Assembly: GCA_902558495.1 (NCBI GenBank)
Contig: CACEEB010000001.1
Location: 5,884 to 69,883, forward strand
DNA from: an uncultured OM43 clade bacterium
GTDB taxonomy: Bacteria; Pseudomonadota; Gammaproteobacteria; Burkholderiales; Methylophilaceae
Direction of reading: 5' to 3'
Length of the DNA: 64,000 nt
Shown piece after piece: positions 38,397 through 49,443 of the stretch. Position 1 is the first letter of the stretch, and every line of letters starts with the position of its first letter. The position numbers and the translations under genes were made by a program. The notes under the pieces are model-generated. The model worked only from the letters and a program-made list of their open reading frames with translations. It was not told the origin of the DNA and did not search any database.

Positions 38397-39638
38397 CTAG
38401 AGGTTATCTATTGCTTTAATCCTCATTAGAGCAGGTGGGTGAGAATGATTGAATGATGAATAAAGTGGGTCAGGTGTCAATGTAGAAGCATTGTCTCGAT
38501 AAAGTTTAGTTAGCGAACGCTTTAAATCGTCTCCTTTTGCAACAAGGCATGCATAAGCATCTGCTTCGTATTCATTTTTTCTTGAAATAAAAGCCATAGC
38601 TGGTTTAATGAAAAAGAATAGATAGTTCAATAATACAAAATTAAAAAGCATCAAGAAATTAGCGTCTGACATGATCTCAACACCCAGTACCTCATAAAAA
38701 AGAGGATTATCTTTTAGCCCACCTAATACATATAAACTTAAAAATAAAATGGTAATCATGATTGCCATAAACTTTTTCACATGATTCATTTTAAAATGCC
38801 CTAATTCATGTGCAATAACTGCCTCTATTTCTTTATGGGTAAGCTTATCTAAAAGAGTATCAAAAAATATGATGCGTTTTGTTTTTCCAAAACCACCAAA
38901 AAAGGCATTACCATGCGAACTTCTTAAAGAGCCATTCATAATAAAAAGTCCTTGCGATTCGAAACCACATTTCTTTAATAACTTTTCAATGATGACTTTT
39001 AGTTTCTTATCCTCTAAGGGAGAAAATTTATTTTTCAGTTGCTGCAAAAGGGGCCCTAATGCCGACATAATGATAATAACACTACTTAAAAATACCCATA
39101 GCCAGAACCACCAGGATGCACCAAGCGCAGAAATTATCCATAGAGAAATGTATATGATAACAAATGTAACTGCTGCAGTAGTGGTTAAATCAATAAGCAC
39201 ATCACTTATGAAGGTCTTAGTTTTAGTTTTATTGAATCCAAATTTTTCTTCAATAACAAACGTACTATAAAAATTACTTGGTATTTCTATTGCGGATAGA
39301 AGAACTGCAAGGATGGTAACAACTAGAGAACCCCCAATTAATGAAGTAACATCGATATGAGTAAAGAAGCTATTCAGTTGATTAATACCTCCACCAATGG
39401 TTAAGTAATAGGTAATAATGGCGGAAATAACTAAACCAAAAGATCCAAATTGTGTTTTAGCAACGGTATAGTCTGCTGCTTTTTGATGATCCTTTAATTT
39501 AATATTTTTTGCAAAAGCTTCTGGGACTTTATTTTTATTTTTACAAACAAAATTTATTTGTCTTTTATTGAGCCATAATTCAAAAATTGCGGCAAATAAA
39601 ATTAAAAAAATAAAAAAATACTGGTAATTGATTGTCAT
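38397..39638 (-). CDS. M48 family (Ste24-like) membrane zinc metallopeptidase
   Basis: HELGH, SRKNEYEAD, SHPP and multiple TM helices. Confidence 0.93.
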   Translation of the reverse strand: MTINYQYFFIFLILFAAIFELWLNKRQINFVCKNKNKVPEAFAKNIKLKDHQKAADYTVAKTQFGSFGLVISAIITYYLTIGGGINQLNSFFTHIDVTSLIGGSLVVTILAVLLSAIEIPSNFYSTFVIEEKFGFNKTKTKTFISDVLIDLTTTAAVTFVIIYISLWIISALGASWWFWLWVFLSSVIIIMSALGPLLQQLKNKFSPLEDKKLKVIIEKLLKKCGFESQGLFIMNGSLRSSHGNAFFGGFGKTKRIIFFDTLLDKLTHKEIEAVIAHELGHFKMNHVKKFMAIMITILFLSLYVLGGLKDNPLFYEVLGVEIMSDANFLMLFNFVLLNYLFFFIKPAMAFISRKNEYEADAYACLVAKGDDLKRSLTKLYRDNASTLTPDPLYSSFNHSHPPALMRIKAIDNL

Positions 39639-39733
39639 TAATAATAGTTCTATGTAAAAGTGTGTATTGTGCAGTAAAATTGCAATTAAAGTAAGTCGAA
39701 AGAGCGGAAAACCTGCGCTATTAAAAAAAATTA

Positions 39734-40309
39734 ATGGAAATCATGATGGAAAATAAAGTTAAACATAACAATAATTTAATTTGGCTCGATATGGAAATGA
39801 GCGGACTAGATCCTGAAAATGATAAGGTGCTGGAGATCGCGGTAGTAATAACGGATCCATTTCTAAAAATTATTGCAGAAAGTCCTGTTTTTGTAATCCA
39901 TCAAGATGATGAAGTATTAGCCCGAATGGATAATTGGAATCAGTCTACACATGGAAAGTCCGGGTTAATTGAAAAAGTAAAGAATTCCAAAAATTCTGAA
40001 GAGACCGTAACGCGTCAATTGATTGAATTCATGGAAAAATATGTGGATAAAAATAAATCCCCCATGTGTGGAAACTCGATATGTCAGGATCGAAGATTTA
40101 TGGCCAAACACATGCCTGAATTAGAAAAATTTTTTCATTATAGGAATCTTGATGTAAGTGTATTTAAAGAATTATCAAAAAGATGGAAGCCTGAGATTGT
40201 TGATGGATTTAAGAAGGCAGGTAAGCATGAGGCGCTTGCAGATATCATAGAATCCATTGAGGAATTAAGATATTACCGCGAACACTTTATTAAAATAAAA
40301 GATGACTAA
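39734..40309 (+). CDS. orn: oligoribonuclease
   Basis: [21 protein letters not shown] and HYRNLDVS; the start may be 39743 or 39746. Confidence 0.96.
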   Translation: MEIMMENKVKHNNNLIWLDMEMSGLDPENDKVLEIAVVITDPFLKIIAESPVFVIHQDDEVLARMDNWNQSTHGKSGLIEKVKNSKNSEETVTRQLIEFMEKYVDKNKSPMCGNSICQDRRFMAKHMPELEKFFHYRNLDVSVFKELSKRWKPEIVDGFKKAGKHEALADIIESIEELRYYREHFIKIKDD

Positions 40310-40685
40310 TTTTCTTCTCATTGGATTTTCGGCTGCTATTGGTGCTTGGCTTCGTTGGCTGATAGGCGTCGGCTTTTCTGGATTATTTCCTGGATTACCC
40401 CTCGGAACACTCGCAGTCAATTTATTAGGTGGCCTTCTTATGGGCATCTCAATTGCTTTTTTTCAATCATTAACGAATATCTCTGAGGAAATAAAGCTCA
40501 TCGTTAATGTGGGTTTTTTGGGAGGGCTAACTACTTTCTCAGCTTACACAGCAGATATATTTGCATTAATGCAAAAAGGAGAGTTATATGTGGCTCTCCT
40601 TTTAATTTTTGCTCATATTATTGGTGCCTTAGCGCTTTGTTACATAGGCTTTTATTTTACTAACCTTTCTTTGCGGTCTTTTTAG
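40302..40685 (+). CDS. crcB: fluoride channel Fluc/CrcB
   Basis: GTLAVNLLG and [10 protein letters not shown]. Confidence 0.93.
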   Translation: MTNFLLIGFSAAIGAWLRWLIGVGFSGLFPGLPLGTLAVNLLGGLLMGISIAFFQSLTNISEEIKLIVNVGFLGGLTTFSAYTADIFALMQKGELYVALLLIFAHIIGALALCYIGFYFTNLSLRSF

Positions 40686-42906
40686 GCTTAGAAGTTGTTT
40701 TTTTCTTAGTCTCAACCATCTCCAGCTTTCCAGTCGATTTCGCTTCAACTTTATCCTTTTGCCAATCTGCTTTTTTTCTTGGCTTAGGTTTTGAAGCCTT
40801 TTTTTCCTGAACCTCTTTATCGGATTTCTTCGTTTCCACTAATTTTAATCCTGCTTTCTCAAGGTCTACCTTTGGTGTTGGAGTTTTTCTTCTTACAGGT
40901 TTTTTCTTTAATTCTTTTTTTTCAGATTTGACTTCGGCAATTGTTTCAACAGCCTTATTGTTGGTTTTGTCTTTTACTTTTTCAACTGCTTTATTTACAG
41001 CATTTTGCTTATCCGCCAAATCATTTGAAGCTAGAGCAGGTTTTTCTTTTTCAGTGATAGCATTGTTAACATTCTTTGATGAATCTCTTTTTTGATAAGA
41101 ATCTTTGTGAACATTTGGTCTTCTATTACGATTTCTCCCTGGCTTTTTATTGGTATAGTGATTAGATTTTTTATGGCTTGAGTTTTCAGATGATTGCTCA
41201 CTATCTTTTAATGTATTTTCAATTTGTTTATCACCCAAGGTTTGAATTTGTCTATCTTCCTCATCTGATCCAATAAGGTTTTTAAAGAATCCAAATAATG
41301 ATTTATTCTTTTTGCTATTTCCTTTATTTGGTATTAGTGATTTGACTGCTGGAATAAGCTTCTCCTTAACCTCGTCTTCATTTCCGTTTATCATTTCCTC
41401 AGATGGCGGTTCAACTGCTGTATAGCTGACTTTTCCTGCTTTTTGAGCAGATTTCTCTATAAGATATTTTGGTATCTCGTAATAACGATTAGGAATAATT
41501 ACAATGTTATTACCACTTTTTTCTTCTATTGCATTAATGGATGATCTTTTTTCATTAAGGAGCAGAGTAGCAACCTCCACAGGGAGTTGAATAGCAATTG
41601 TCTGATTTTCTTCTTTAGTTGATTCATCCTCAATTAACCTTAACATGTAAAGGGCAGTTGATTGCGTATCTCTGACTCGACCGGTACCATTACATTTTGG
41701 ACATACACCATTTATGGTATCACCTAAACTTGGTCTTAATCTTTGTCTGGATAATTCCATCAAACCAAAGCGAGATATCTTGCTGGTCTGAATTCTAGCT
41801 TTATCATTTTTTAATGCATCGCGTATTTTATTTTCAACGTCCCTTTGATTTTTTTGATATTCCATATCAATAAAATCAACTACCACCAATCCACCTATAT
41901 CTCTTAATCGTAATTGTTTGGCTAATTCCTCAGCAGCCTCAAGGTTGGTGTTAAAGGCTGTATTTTCAATATCGCGACCTTTGGTAGACCTACTCGAGTT
42001 AACATCAACGGATACTAGCGCCTCGGTATGATCGATAACAATAGATCCTCCAGATGGAAGTTGAACTTCTCTTAAAAATGCAGATTCTATTTGATTTTCA
42101 ATATTAAATTTTGAAAAAAGGGAAGTGTCATCTTCGTAAAGTTTTATACGATCAACATAATCCGGCATAACATGGCTCATGAACTGATGAGCTTGATCAA
42201 ATATTTCTTGCCTATCAATGAGAACTTCTGCAATATCTTCACTAAAGTAATCTCGTATTGCCCTGATGACCAAATTACTTTCTTGGTATATAAGAAATGG
42301 CCCTTCTTGAGCATTAGCTGCATTTTCAATAGCTTCCCAAAGCTGGTTCAGATAATCCAAATCCCATTGGATTTGTTCAACTGATGCGCCGATCCCTGCC
42401 GTCCTGCCAATAACACTCGTACCTTTTTTTACTTTTAGTTTTGATAATACTTCTTTAAAATTGGTTCTTTCTTCACCTTCAATTCTTCTAGAAATACCAC
42501 CGCCATCCTTGTTATTTGGCATTAAAACAATATATCTTCCAGCTAGGGATAAATAACTCGTCAAGGCAGCGCCTTTATTTCCTCGTTCATCTTTGCTAAC
42601 CTGAACAATTATTTCTTGGCCTTCTTTCATAATATCTTTAATAGAAAGATCTTTTTTTCTTGATTTTTTTGAGTAGTATTCTGGGGCTATTTCTTTGAAG
42701 GGGAGAAATCCATGCCTATCAACACCATAGTTTACAAAGGCTGCTTCTAGGGAGGGTTCTATTCTGGTAACTACGGCTTTATATATATTGCTTTTTCTTT
42801 GTTCTCGATTACCCCTTTCAAAATCTAGGTCTTCTAGCTTTGAATCACTTACAATTGCAACTCTAAGCTCTTCAGATTGTGTTGCATTGAATAACATTCT
42901 TTTCAT
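40660..42906 (-). CDS. rne: ribonuclease E
   Basis: MKRMLFNATQSEELRVA, DVNS, CPKC and a low-complexity basic C-terminal tail. Confidence 0.97.
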   Translation of the reverse strand: MKRMLFNATQSEELRVAIVSDSKLEDLDFERGNREQRKSNIYKAVVTRIEPSLEAAFVNYGVDRHGFLPFKEIAPEYYSKKSRKKDLSIKDIMKEGQEIIVQVSKDERGNKGAALTSYLSLAGRYIVLMPNNKDGGGISRRIEGEERTNFKEVLSKLKVKKGTSVIGRTAGIGASVEQIQWDLDYLNQLWEAIENAANAQEGPFLIYQESNLVIRAIRDYFSEDIAEVLIDRQEIFDQAHQFMSHVMPDYVDRIKLYEDDTSLFSKFNIENQIESAFLREVQLPSGGSIVIDHTEALVSVDVNSSRSTKGRDIENTAFNTNLEAAEELAKQLRLRDIGGLVVVDFIDMEYQKNQRDVENKIRDALKNDKARIQTSKISRFGLMELSRQRLRPSLGDTINGVCPKCNGTGRVRDTQSTALYMLRLIEDESTKEENQTIAIQLPVEVATLLLNEKRSSINAIEEKSGNNIVIIPNRYYEIPKYLIEKSAQKAGKVSYTAVEPPSEEMINGNEDEVKEKLIPAVKSLIPNKGNSKKNKSLFGFFKNLIGSDEEDRQIQTLGDKQIENTLKDSEQSSENSSHKKSNHYTNKKPGRNRNRRPNVHKDSYQKRDSSKNVNNAITEKEKPALASNDLADKQNAVNKAVEKVKDKTNNKAVETIAEVKSEKKELKKKPVRRKTPTPKVDLEKAGLKLVETKKSDKEVQEKKASKPKPRKKADWQKDKVEAKSTGKLEMVETKKKTTSKPKKTAKKG

Positions 42907-43265
42907 TACCTATCTCCATATAGTCTGAAGATTTAGATAAAGAAATCAATATAAATTACATGTGCATAAGCAGACAAGCGAAAACTTCAATAGCTTCGGA
43001 TTGTTTATCTTATTCTTATTTTAATAGCGTACTTACTTTTAACTGTTTAATAATAAATTACCGCTTATTTATTTTAATTAATTTATTTTAAATTCTTTAT
43101 ATAAAAATCTTTTTTTAATCTACTTCTTATCTATTTTTGGTGAGTAGATCGAACCTTAAATTCTGTTGTCTTTATGTATAATTCAGAATTGTTTTTCTCT
43201 TTAATATTTAAAGATATCTGAACAAGTAAAGTATATGTTATAAATCAATAAAAGAAAACTAATAA

Positions 43266-44240
43266 ATGGTAGGTATTTTGAACAATAGCATAAGATATGA
43301 AGTGATCGATGAGGGTAGCAATGGTCAAAAAATCGATAATTATCTTATAAAGATTATCAAGAATGTTCCAAAAAGCCATATTTATAAATTATTAAGAAGT
43401 GGTCAGGTAAGGGTAAATAAAAAAAGAGTTAAAACAGATTTTAGACTTTCTATTGGAGATAGCGTTCGTATACCGCCTTTTAGATCATCATCAAAGCAAT
43501 CCAAAAAAATTGTCTCTATAAGACCGGGGCAAAAAGTACTGATTGAAGATGCAGTAATATATGAGGATGATGCGCTTATTGCAATTAATAAACCCTCTGG
43601 TTTAGCAGTACATGGAGGCAGTGGTTTAAATTTTGGACTTATTGAGCTTTTAAGAAATTCTCGGCCAAAGGCAAAATTTTTAGAACTGATACATAGGATT
43701 GATAAAGAAACATCTGGAATTATTTTGATTGCCAAAAAAAGAAAGGCATTGGTTGAGATACATCGGCAAATGAGAAAAAGATCTATACATAAAAAGTACC
43801 AAGTGATGGTTAATGGTAGGTGGGAAAAAAAACAATTGATAGTGGATCTAAATTTATTAAAAAGTTCTTCAAATGATGGCTCAAAAAAAGTAAAGGTCTT
43901 GCCTCAACATCAAAATAAAGATGGATCTAAAGATTCTCGCTCTATTTTTTTCTTACAGAAAACTTTTACTGACTTAAGCATGCTGAGTGTTAAATTGGTT
44001 ACGGGAAGAACTCATCAAATTCGAGTACATCTCAGTCATTTAGGGTTCCCCATTGTGGGGGATGATAAATATGGTAATTTTAGTTTAAATAAAAATCAAA
44101 AAAAATTTGGTTTTAAAAGAATGTTCCTCCATGCGAGTGAATTAGGATTTGTTCATCCTATAACTGAAAAAGACTTATTTCTTTCAGCACCTCTTCCAAA
44201 AGAATTTATTGAATTGCAGGAATATGCCAAAAAACACTAA
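43266..44240 (+). CDS. rluC: 23S rRNA pseudouridine synthase C
   Basis: S4-like N-terminus, NKPSGLAVHGG, HRIDKETSG and GRTHQIRVH; divergent from rne. Confidence 0.93.
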   Translation: MVGILNNSIRYEVIDEGSNGQKIDNYLIKIIKNVPKSHIYKLLRSGQVRVNKKRVKTDFRLSIGDSVRIPPFRSSSKQSKKIVSIRPGQKVLIEDAVIYEDDALIAINKPSGLAVHGGSGLNFGLIELLRNSRPKAKFLELIHRIDKETSGIILIAKKRKALVEIHRQMRKRSIHKKYQVMVNGRWEKKQLIVDLNLLKSSSNDGSKKVKVLPQHQNKDGSKDSRSIFFLQKTFTDLSMLSVKLVTGRTHQIRVHLSHLGFPIVGDDKYGNFSLNKNQKKFGFKRMFLHASELGFVHPITEKDLFLSAPLPKEFIELQEYAKKH

Positions 44241-44886
44241 TTATGATTTGATCATCTTTGATTGGGATGGAACCATTGCAAATTCTGCAGGGATTATAGT
44301 GGAATCTATAAAGCAAGTTTGTGCATCTAAGCAGATCTCAACACCGACAGACCAGATGATAAGCTCAATTATAGGCCTAGGCCTATCAGAGGGCTTTAGA
44401 AAAATTTTCCCATATATGAATCTTGCCGAGCAGCAAAAGACCGAACAACTATATCGGGAGGAATATCTCAAAAGAGTGGATGATATTTGTTTATTTGATG
44501 GTGTAGAAATTGGGATAAAAGGTCTTGCATTACAGGGGTACTATTTGGCAGTGGCAACTGGGAAAAGTAGGCGTGGACTCAATAATGCACTTAATAAATC
44601 TAATCTTAATGAATTTTTTAAAATAACCAAGACTATGGATGAATGTTTCTCAAAGCCACATCCACAGATGGTGAATGAAATTTTAGATGCGTTTATGGTT
44701 GAGCCCCCTAGAGCACTCATGATAGGAGACTCTTCCTATGATCTTGAAATGGCAAAGAATGCCATGATTGATTCAGTAGGTGTAAGTTATGGAGCACAAC
44801 ATGAATCACAGCTCATAGAATATAATCCATTAGTTATTGTGGATAATGCATATGATCTGTTTGCATGGTTGAATAAAAATGGATAA
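44224..44886 (+). CDS. HAD-IA family hydrolase (phosphoglycolate phosphatase-like)
   Basis: IFDWDGT, ATGK, SKPHP and IGDS; likely start ATG 44224. Confidence 0.9.
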   Translation: MPKNTNYDLIIFDWDGTIANSAGIIVESIKQVCASKQISTPTDQMISSIIGLGLSEGFRKIFPYMNLAEQQKTEQLYREEYLKRVDDICLFDGVEIGIKGLALQGYYLAVATGKSRRGLNNALNKSNLNEFFKITKTMDECFSKPHPQMVNEILDAFMVEPPRALMIGDSSYDLEMAKNAMIDSVGVSYGAQHESQLIEYNPLVIVDNAYDLFAWLNKNG

Positions 44887-45217
44887 AAAGATAAAAATAG
44901 CTGTCTCTAATTTTAAGAAAGATCCTTCTACTGTTAAATTTAAATTTTTAATTAATGGTGAAAAGAGAACTGGTTTTGCATTGTTATTTGAGGGGGGCTA
45001 TTATGTTTATAAAAATCAATGCCAACATCTTCCAGTGGAACTAGATTGGGAGGATAATGATTTTTTTGATGAGACTAATAAATTTATTGTGTGTGCTACG
45101 CACGGAGCATTATATGAACCTCAATCAGGACTTTGCATAGCGGGTCCATGTAATGGTGAAAATTTAATTTCTATGGCATTCGAGGTAACAAAAAATAATA
45201 TTGTAATAACGGTTTAA
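44879..45217 (+). CDS. Rieske [2Fe-2S] ferredoxin
   Basis: CQH...CATHGA motifs. Confidence 0.9.
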   Translation: MDKKIKIAVSNFKKDPSTVKFKFLINGEKRTGFALLFEGGYYVYKNQCQHLPVELDWEDNDFFDETNKFIVCATHGALYEPQSGLCIAGPCNGENLISMAFEVTKNNIVITV

Positions 45218-45227
45218 TAGGATAATT

Positions 45228-46184
45228 ATGACTGAAAATAAAAAGCAAGAACCAGATTATAAGATTTTAGAAAATGTTCTCAATACAGCCTTCATTGAGC
45301 AAAGAAGGTCGCGCCGCTGGGGTATTTTTTTCAAATTAGTCACATTTGGCTATTTAATCGCGCTGTTGGTTTTGTTTATGCAGGGAAACAATCAAGTCAA
45401 AGTATCATCAGGAAATTTTACGGCTCTTATAAATTTACAAGGTGAGATAGGTACAGAACTCCCAGTTAACGCATCAGACTTTAGGGAAAGTTTAAAGAAT
45501 GCATATAGTGATCCAGGAACAAAAGGAGTAATTATTGCTGTTAATAGCCCAGGAGGAAGTCCAGTGCAATCAGGAATGATTAATGATGAAATTTATCGTT
45601 ATAAAAATGAACATCCAGAAATTCCTATTTATGCTGTGATTGAGGATATATGTGCTTCTGGCGGTTATTATATTGCGGTAGCCGCTGATCAAATCTATGT
45701 TGATAAAGCTAGTATTGTTGGTTCAATAGGGGTATTGATGAATGGTTTTGGATTTGAAGAAGCAATAAAAAAACTTGGTATCGAGCGCAGGTTAGTTACT
45801 GCTGGAGAGAATAAAGCAATTATGGACCCATTTCTTCCTATAAATCCAAAACACAAAAAACATATTGATGAGTTGTTGACTGACGTTCACCAGCAGTTTA
45901 TTGATGTCGTTAGATTAGGAAGGGGAGATCGACTAGCAGATAATAAAGATATTTTCTCAGGCCTATTCTGGACTGGGGAGAAGGCAATACAACTCGGACT
46001 TGCAGATAAATTAGGTAACATCCAATCAGTAGCAAAAGATGAAATAGGCTTCGAGGAGATAGTTGATTTTACAAACTATGAGACTTTTGCAGATCGCTTT
46101 GCTAAGCAACTTGGGGCGGGGATAGGCACAACATTTAGTAATTTTTTCTATAAAAAAATATATAATAATTTTGAATTAAATTAA
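45228..46184 (+). CDS. sppA: S49 family peptidase (SppA-like)
   Basis: NSPGGSP, ASGGYYIA and GSIGV. Confidence 0.9.
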   Translation: MTENKKQEPDYKILENVLNTAFIEQRRSRRWGIFFKLVTFGYLIALLVLFMQGNNQVKVSSGNFTALINLQGEIGTELPVNASDFRESLKNAYSDPGTKGVIIAVNSPGGSPVQSGMINDEIYRYKNEHPEIPIYAVIEDICASGGYYIAVAADQIYVDKASIVGSIGVLMNGFGFEEAIKKLGIERRLVTAGENKAIMDPFLPINPKHKKHIDELLTDVHQQFIDVVRLGRGDRLADNKDIFSGLFWTGEKAIQLGLADKLGNIQSVAKDEIGFEEIVDFTNYETFADRFAKQLGAGIGTTFSNFFYKKIYNNFELN

Positions 46185-46188
46185 TAGT

Positions 46189-47838
46189 TTATATATTTTT
46201 TTTAAAGTAATTAATTAAATGATCAGTTGATGAATCAAAGTTGTCAGCTTGCGTGTTTTGATCTAGAACAGGTAAAACTAACGAAGCAATTTGTTTGCCG
46301 TATTCGACTCCCCATTGATCAAAAGAATTGATATTCCAAATAATGCCCTGCACAAAGACTTTATGTTCATATATCGCCAACAAGCGACCAAGTGATTTTG
46401 GGTTCAGCTCCTTAAAAAGGAATGAATTGGAAGGACGGTTACCCTCGAACGATTTATGAGGGATCATTTCTTCAATATTTTTATTACCCTCATTATCTTT
46501 TATTTCAGCACGGACATTGTCTTCTGTTTTTCCAAGCATGAGTGCTCTGGACTGAGCAACAAAATTTGAAAAAAGAATCTTATGATGTTTTTCTCCATTA
46601 CGACCAATTTTATATTGCGATTTGATAGGCATAATAAAATCTGTGGGGATAATGTCGGTGCCCTGGTGAATTAGTTGGTAAAAAGCATGTTGTCCGTTAG
46701 TACCTGCCTCACCCCATACAATTGGACCGGTATGAAGACAAACCTTCTTTCCATCTCTTCCAATAAATTTTCCATTACTTTCCATATCCGCTTGCTGGAG
46801 GTAGGAAGGAAGCAGTGAGAGTCCTTGATCGTATGGGAGAACCGAAAGTGTATTGTAGTTATAAAAATTAATGTACCAAATACCAATCATTGCTAATGTA
46901 ACAGGGATATTTTTTTCTAGTGGCTCATTTTTAAAATGATTATCAATTTCGTGTGCCCCAAGTAATAAATCTTCAAAATTATCCATACCAATGTAAATAG
47001 CAATAGAAAGGCCAATTGAGGACCAAAGCGAATATCTACCACCAACCCAATCCCAAAATGTAAACATATTGTCTGCTTTAATACCAAAAGCTTTTACGGC
47101 TGACTCGTTTGTTGATATTGCTACAAAATGATGCTTTATTGCATCTTCGTTACTTAGTTCATTTAATAACCATTCTCTTGCTGAGAAGGCATTCGTCATG
47201 GTTTCTTGGGTGGTAAAAGTTTTGGAGGCAATAACAAATAACGTGGTTTCTGGGTCACATTTTTCTAACGCTTGTGATATATCGGAACCATCAACATTTG
47301 AAACAAAAATAGGGGTAATATCTTTATGACCATAAGATTTTAAGGCATTACATACCATGGCAGGTCCAAGATCAGACCCACCTATACCAATATTAACTAT
47401 TGTTTTAAACTTTTTACCTGTGCAACCTTTTGTCTTACCATTCCTTATTGCTTCAGAGAATAGATGCATCTTCTCAAGGATAGCATTCACTTCAGGCATG
47501 ACATCTTTGCCATCAACTAAAATAGGCTTATTTGATCTATTTCGCAATGCGATATGAAGTGCCGCTCGGTTCTCTGTAAAGTTTATTTTTTCACCGTTAA
47601 ATAAAGTATTAACCCAATCACTAAGATGAGCTTCTTTTGCTACATCATATAGAAGATTGAGTGTGTCTTGACTAACTATGTTTTTAGAAAAATCATACAA
47701 TAAATCATCAAACTGTAAATTAAATTTATTAAATCTATCAGGATCGTCATTGAACAAATCGCGCATATGAGAATTTGAAAATTCATCATGATGCTTTTTA
47801 AGTTTAATCCAACTTTTAGAGTGGGTAATTGATGTCAT
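46189..47838 (-). CDS. pgi: glucose-6-phosphate isomerase
   Basis: GIGGSDLGP, SKTFTTQET, WVGGRYS and FDQWGVEYGK. Confidence 0.98.
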   Translation of the reverse strand: MTSITHSKSWIKLKKHHDEFSNSHMRDLFNDDPDRFNKFNLQFDDLLYDFSKNIVSQDTLNLLYDVAKEAHLSDWVNTLFNGEKINFTENRAALHIALRNRSNKPILVDGKDVMPEVNAILEKMHLFSEAIRNGKTKGCTGKKFKTIVNIGIGGSDLGPAMVCNALKSYGHKDITPIFVSNVDGSDISQALEKCDPETTLFVIASKTFTTQETMTNAFSAREWLLNELSNEDAIKHHFVAISTNESAVKAFGIKADNMFTFWDWVGGRYSLWSSIGLSIAIYIGMDNFEDLLLGAHEIDNHFKNEPLEKNIPVTLAMIGIWYINFYNYNTLSVLPYDQGLSLLPSYLQQADMESNGKFIGRDGKKVCLHTGPIVWGEAGTNGQHAFYQLIHQGTDIIPTDFIMPIKSQYKIGRNGEKHHKILFSNFVAQSRALMLGKTEDNVRAEIKDNEGNKNIEEMIPHKSFEGNRPSNSFLFKELNPKSLGRLLAIYEHKVFVQGIIWNINSFDQWGVEYGKQIASLVLPVLDQNTQADNFDSSTDHLINYFKKNI

Positions 47839-47901
47839 TGAGAACGTAAAATATTGAGTTTGTAGTTAATGCGTAATTGTAGCAAATAATAATAAATTTT
47901 T

Positions 47902-48957
47902 TTACTTATGTTGCTCAACGGCCCATAAAATATGTTCTTTTAGCATCGAAGAGGCAGAATCTAGTCTACTTTCCAGCACTTTAATTATTTCTCTTGATTT
48001 TGGTGCATTGCCAAGTCCTACAGCAATATTTCTAAGCCATTGGTCATATCCAATTCGGTAGATAGCGCTTCCTTGAAATAATTTATCAAAATCCTTCCGC
48101 GATAACTTAAATGATTCGATTAAGGATAGTTTATCCAAATCATGCCTTACTAAAAAATCATTTTCGGATGTTATTTTCGCATATTTATTCCATGGACAAA
48201 CGAATTGACAGTCATCACAGCCATAAACACGGTTACCTATAGCTTTTCTATATTCGATGGGAATTGATTCTCTATGCTCGATGGTCAAGTAAGAAATACA
48301 CTTCCTAGCATCTAGCTTATATGGAGCAATGATTGCTGAAGTTGGACAAATATCGATACAGGCCGTGCATGAACCGCAGTGTTTTGATGTACTTTTATCA
48401 GATGGTAAAGGAAGATCCGTATATATCTCACCCAAAAAAAACCATGAGCCATGTTCCTTATTGAGTAACAGTGTATGTTTTCCTCTCCAACCTAAACCAG
48501 CTTTTTCTGCTATATCAACCTCGAGAACAGGCGCACTATCAGTAAACAGTCTAAAATGAAATTCTTTATCTAGGTTAGATTTAATCTGAGCAACGAGTTT
48601 TTTTAATTTTGCTCTTATTACTTTATGGTAATCCCGCCCTAATGCATATCGTGATATGTATGCTATATTTTTATTTTTTAATGCTACCAAAGCTTTAGCC
48701 TCAAGAGGGAGATAGTCAAGCCTTACTGAGATTACACTTTGTGTATTCGGAAGAAGCTTGGAGGGATCAAATTTTTGTTCTTGATGTTTTTCGAGATACC
48801 CCATATGACCATGATAGCCTGACAAAATCCATTTTTTATAAGGTAATTTATTTTTTTCAAGTTTGACATCAGAAATTCCAACATCATTAAAACCGAAATC
48901 TTTTGCCCAAGATTTAATATTTTTCGCTATTTCGTCAAAGTTTAACTTATCATTCAT
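47902..48957 (-). CDS. queG: epoxyqueuosine reductase
   Basis: YALGRDYH, CGSCTACIDICPT and GCDDCQFVCPWN. Confidence 0.95.
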   Translation of the reverse strand: MNDKLNFDEIAKNIKSWAKDFGFNDVGISDVKLEKNKLPYKKWILSGYHGHMGYLEKHQEQKFDPSKLLPNTQSVISVRLDYLPLEAKALVALKNKNIAYISRYALGRDYHKVIRAKLKKLVAQIKSNLDKEFHFRLFTDSAPVLEVDIAEKAGLGWRGKHTLLLNKEHGSWFFLGEIYTDLPLPSDKSTSKHCGSCTACIDICPTSAIIAPYKLDARKCISYLTIEHRESIPIEYRKAIGNRVYGCDDCQFVCPWNKYAKITSENDFLVRHDLDKLSLIESFKLSRKDFDKLFQGSAIYRIGYDQWLRNIAVGLGNAPKSREIIKVLESRLDSASSMLKEHILWAVEQHK

Positions 48958-48981
48958 AGAAAAAAATAATAAACTAAAACC

Positions 48982-49443
48982 ATGATAAAAGAACTATCCT
49001 TTTTAACAAATGATGCCAATGAAACAGCTTTACTGGCTGAAAAACTTGCTAAAATAGTTAAACCTAGGGATTTAATTTTCCTTCAAGGAGATTTGGGCTC
49101 AGGAAAAACCACTTATATGAGAGGATTTTTACGTGGCTTAAATTTTACAGGGAAGGTGAAGAGTCCTTCATATACATTGCTTGAGCAATATTACTTAGAA
49201 CTAACAATCAACCATTTCGATTTATATCGCTTTAAGGACCAAAGAGAGTGGGATGATGCTGGTTTTAACGAATTTATTAATGGTAACGATGTAAATGTTA
49301 TTGAGTGGCCAGAGAAGGCTGTTGACGTGATTCCAATTTCAGATCTTACAATTTTTTTTACATACCTTGATGATAAAAAAAGAAAAATTGTAATTGAAGG
49401 TAATTCATCTAGAGGGAGACAATGCATAGATTTATTAAGTTAA
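48982..49443 (+). CDS. tsaE: tRNA t6A biosynthesis ATPase
   Basis: GDLGSGKTT, VKSPSY, HFDLYR and IEWPE. Confidence 0.96.
   Translation: MIKELSFLTNDANETALLAEKLAKIVKPRDLIFLQGDLGSGKTTYMRGFLRGLNFTGKVKSPSYTLLEQYYLELTINHFDLYRFKDQREWDDAGFNEFINGNDVNVIEWPEKAVDVIPISDLTIFFTYLDDKKRKIVIEGNSSRGRQCIDLLS

Noticed and set aside
39639-39733. Fluoride or preQ1 riboswitch near orn-crcB or queD
   Set aside because: Only a weak AGCG/CGCT hairpin is present, with no recognisable aptamer consensus. crcB overlaps orn, and queD starts 3 nt after the upstream gene.
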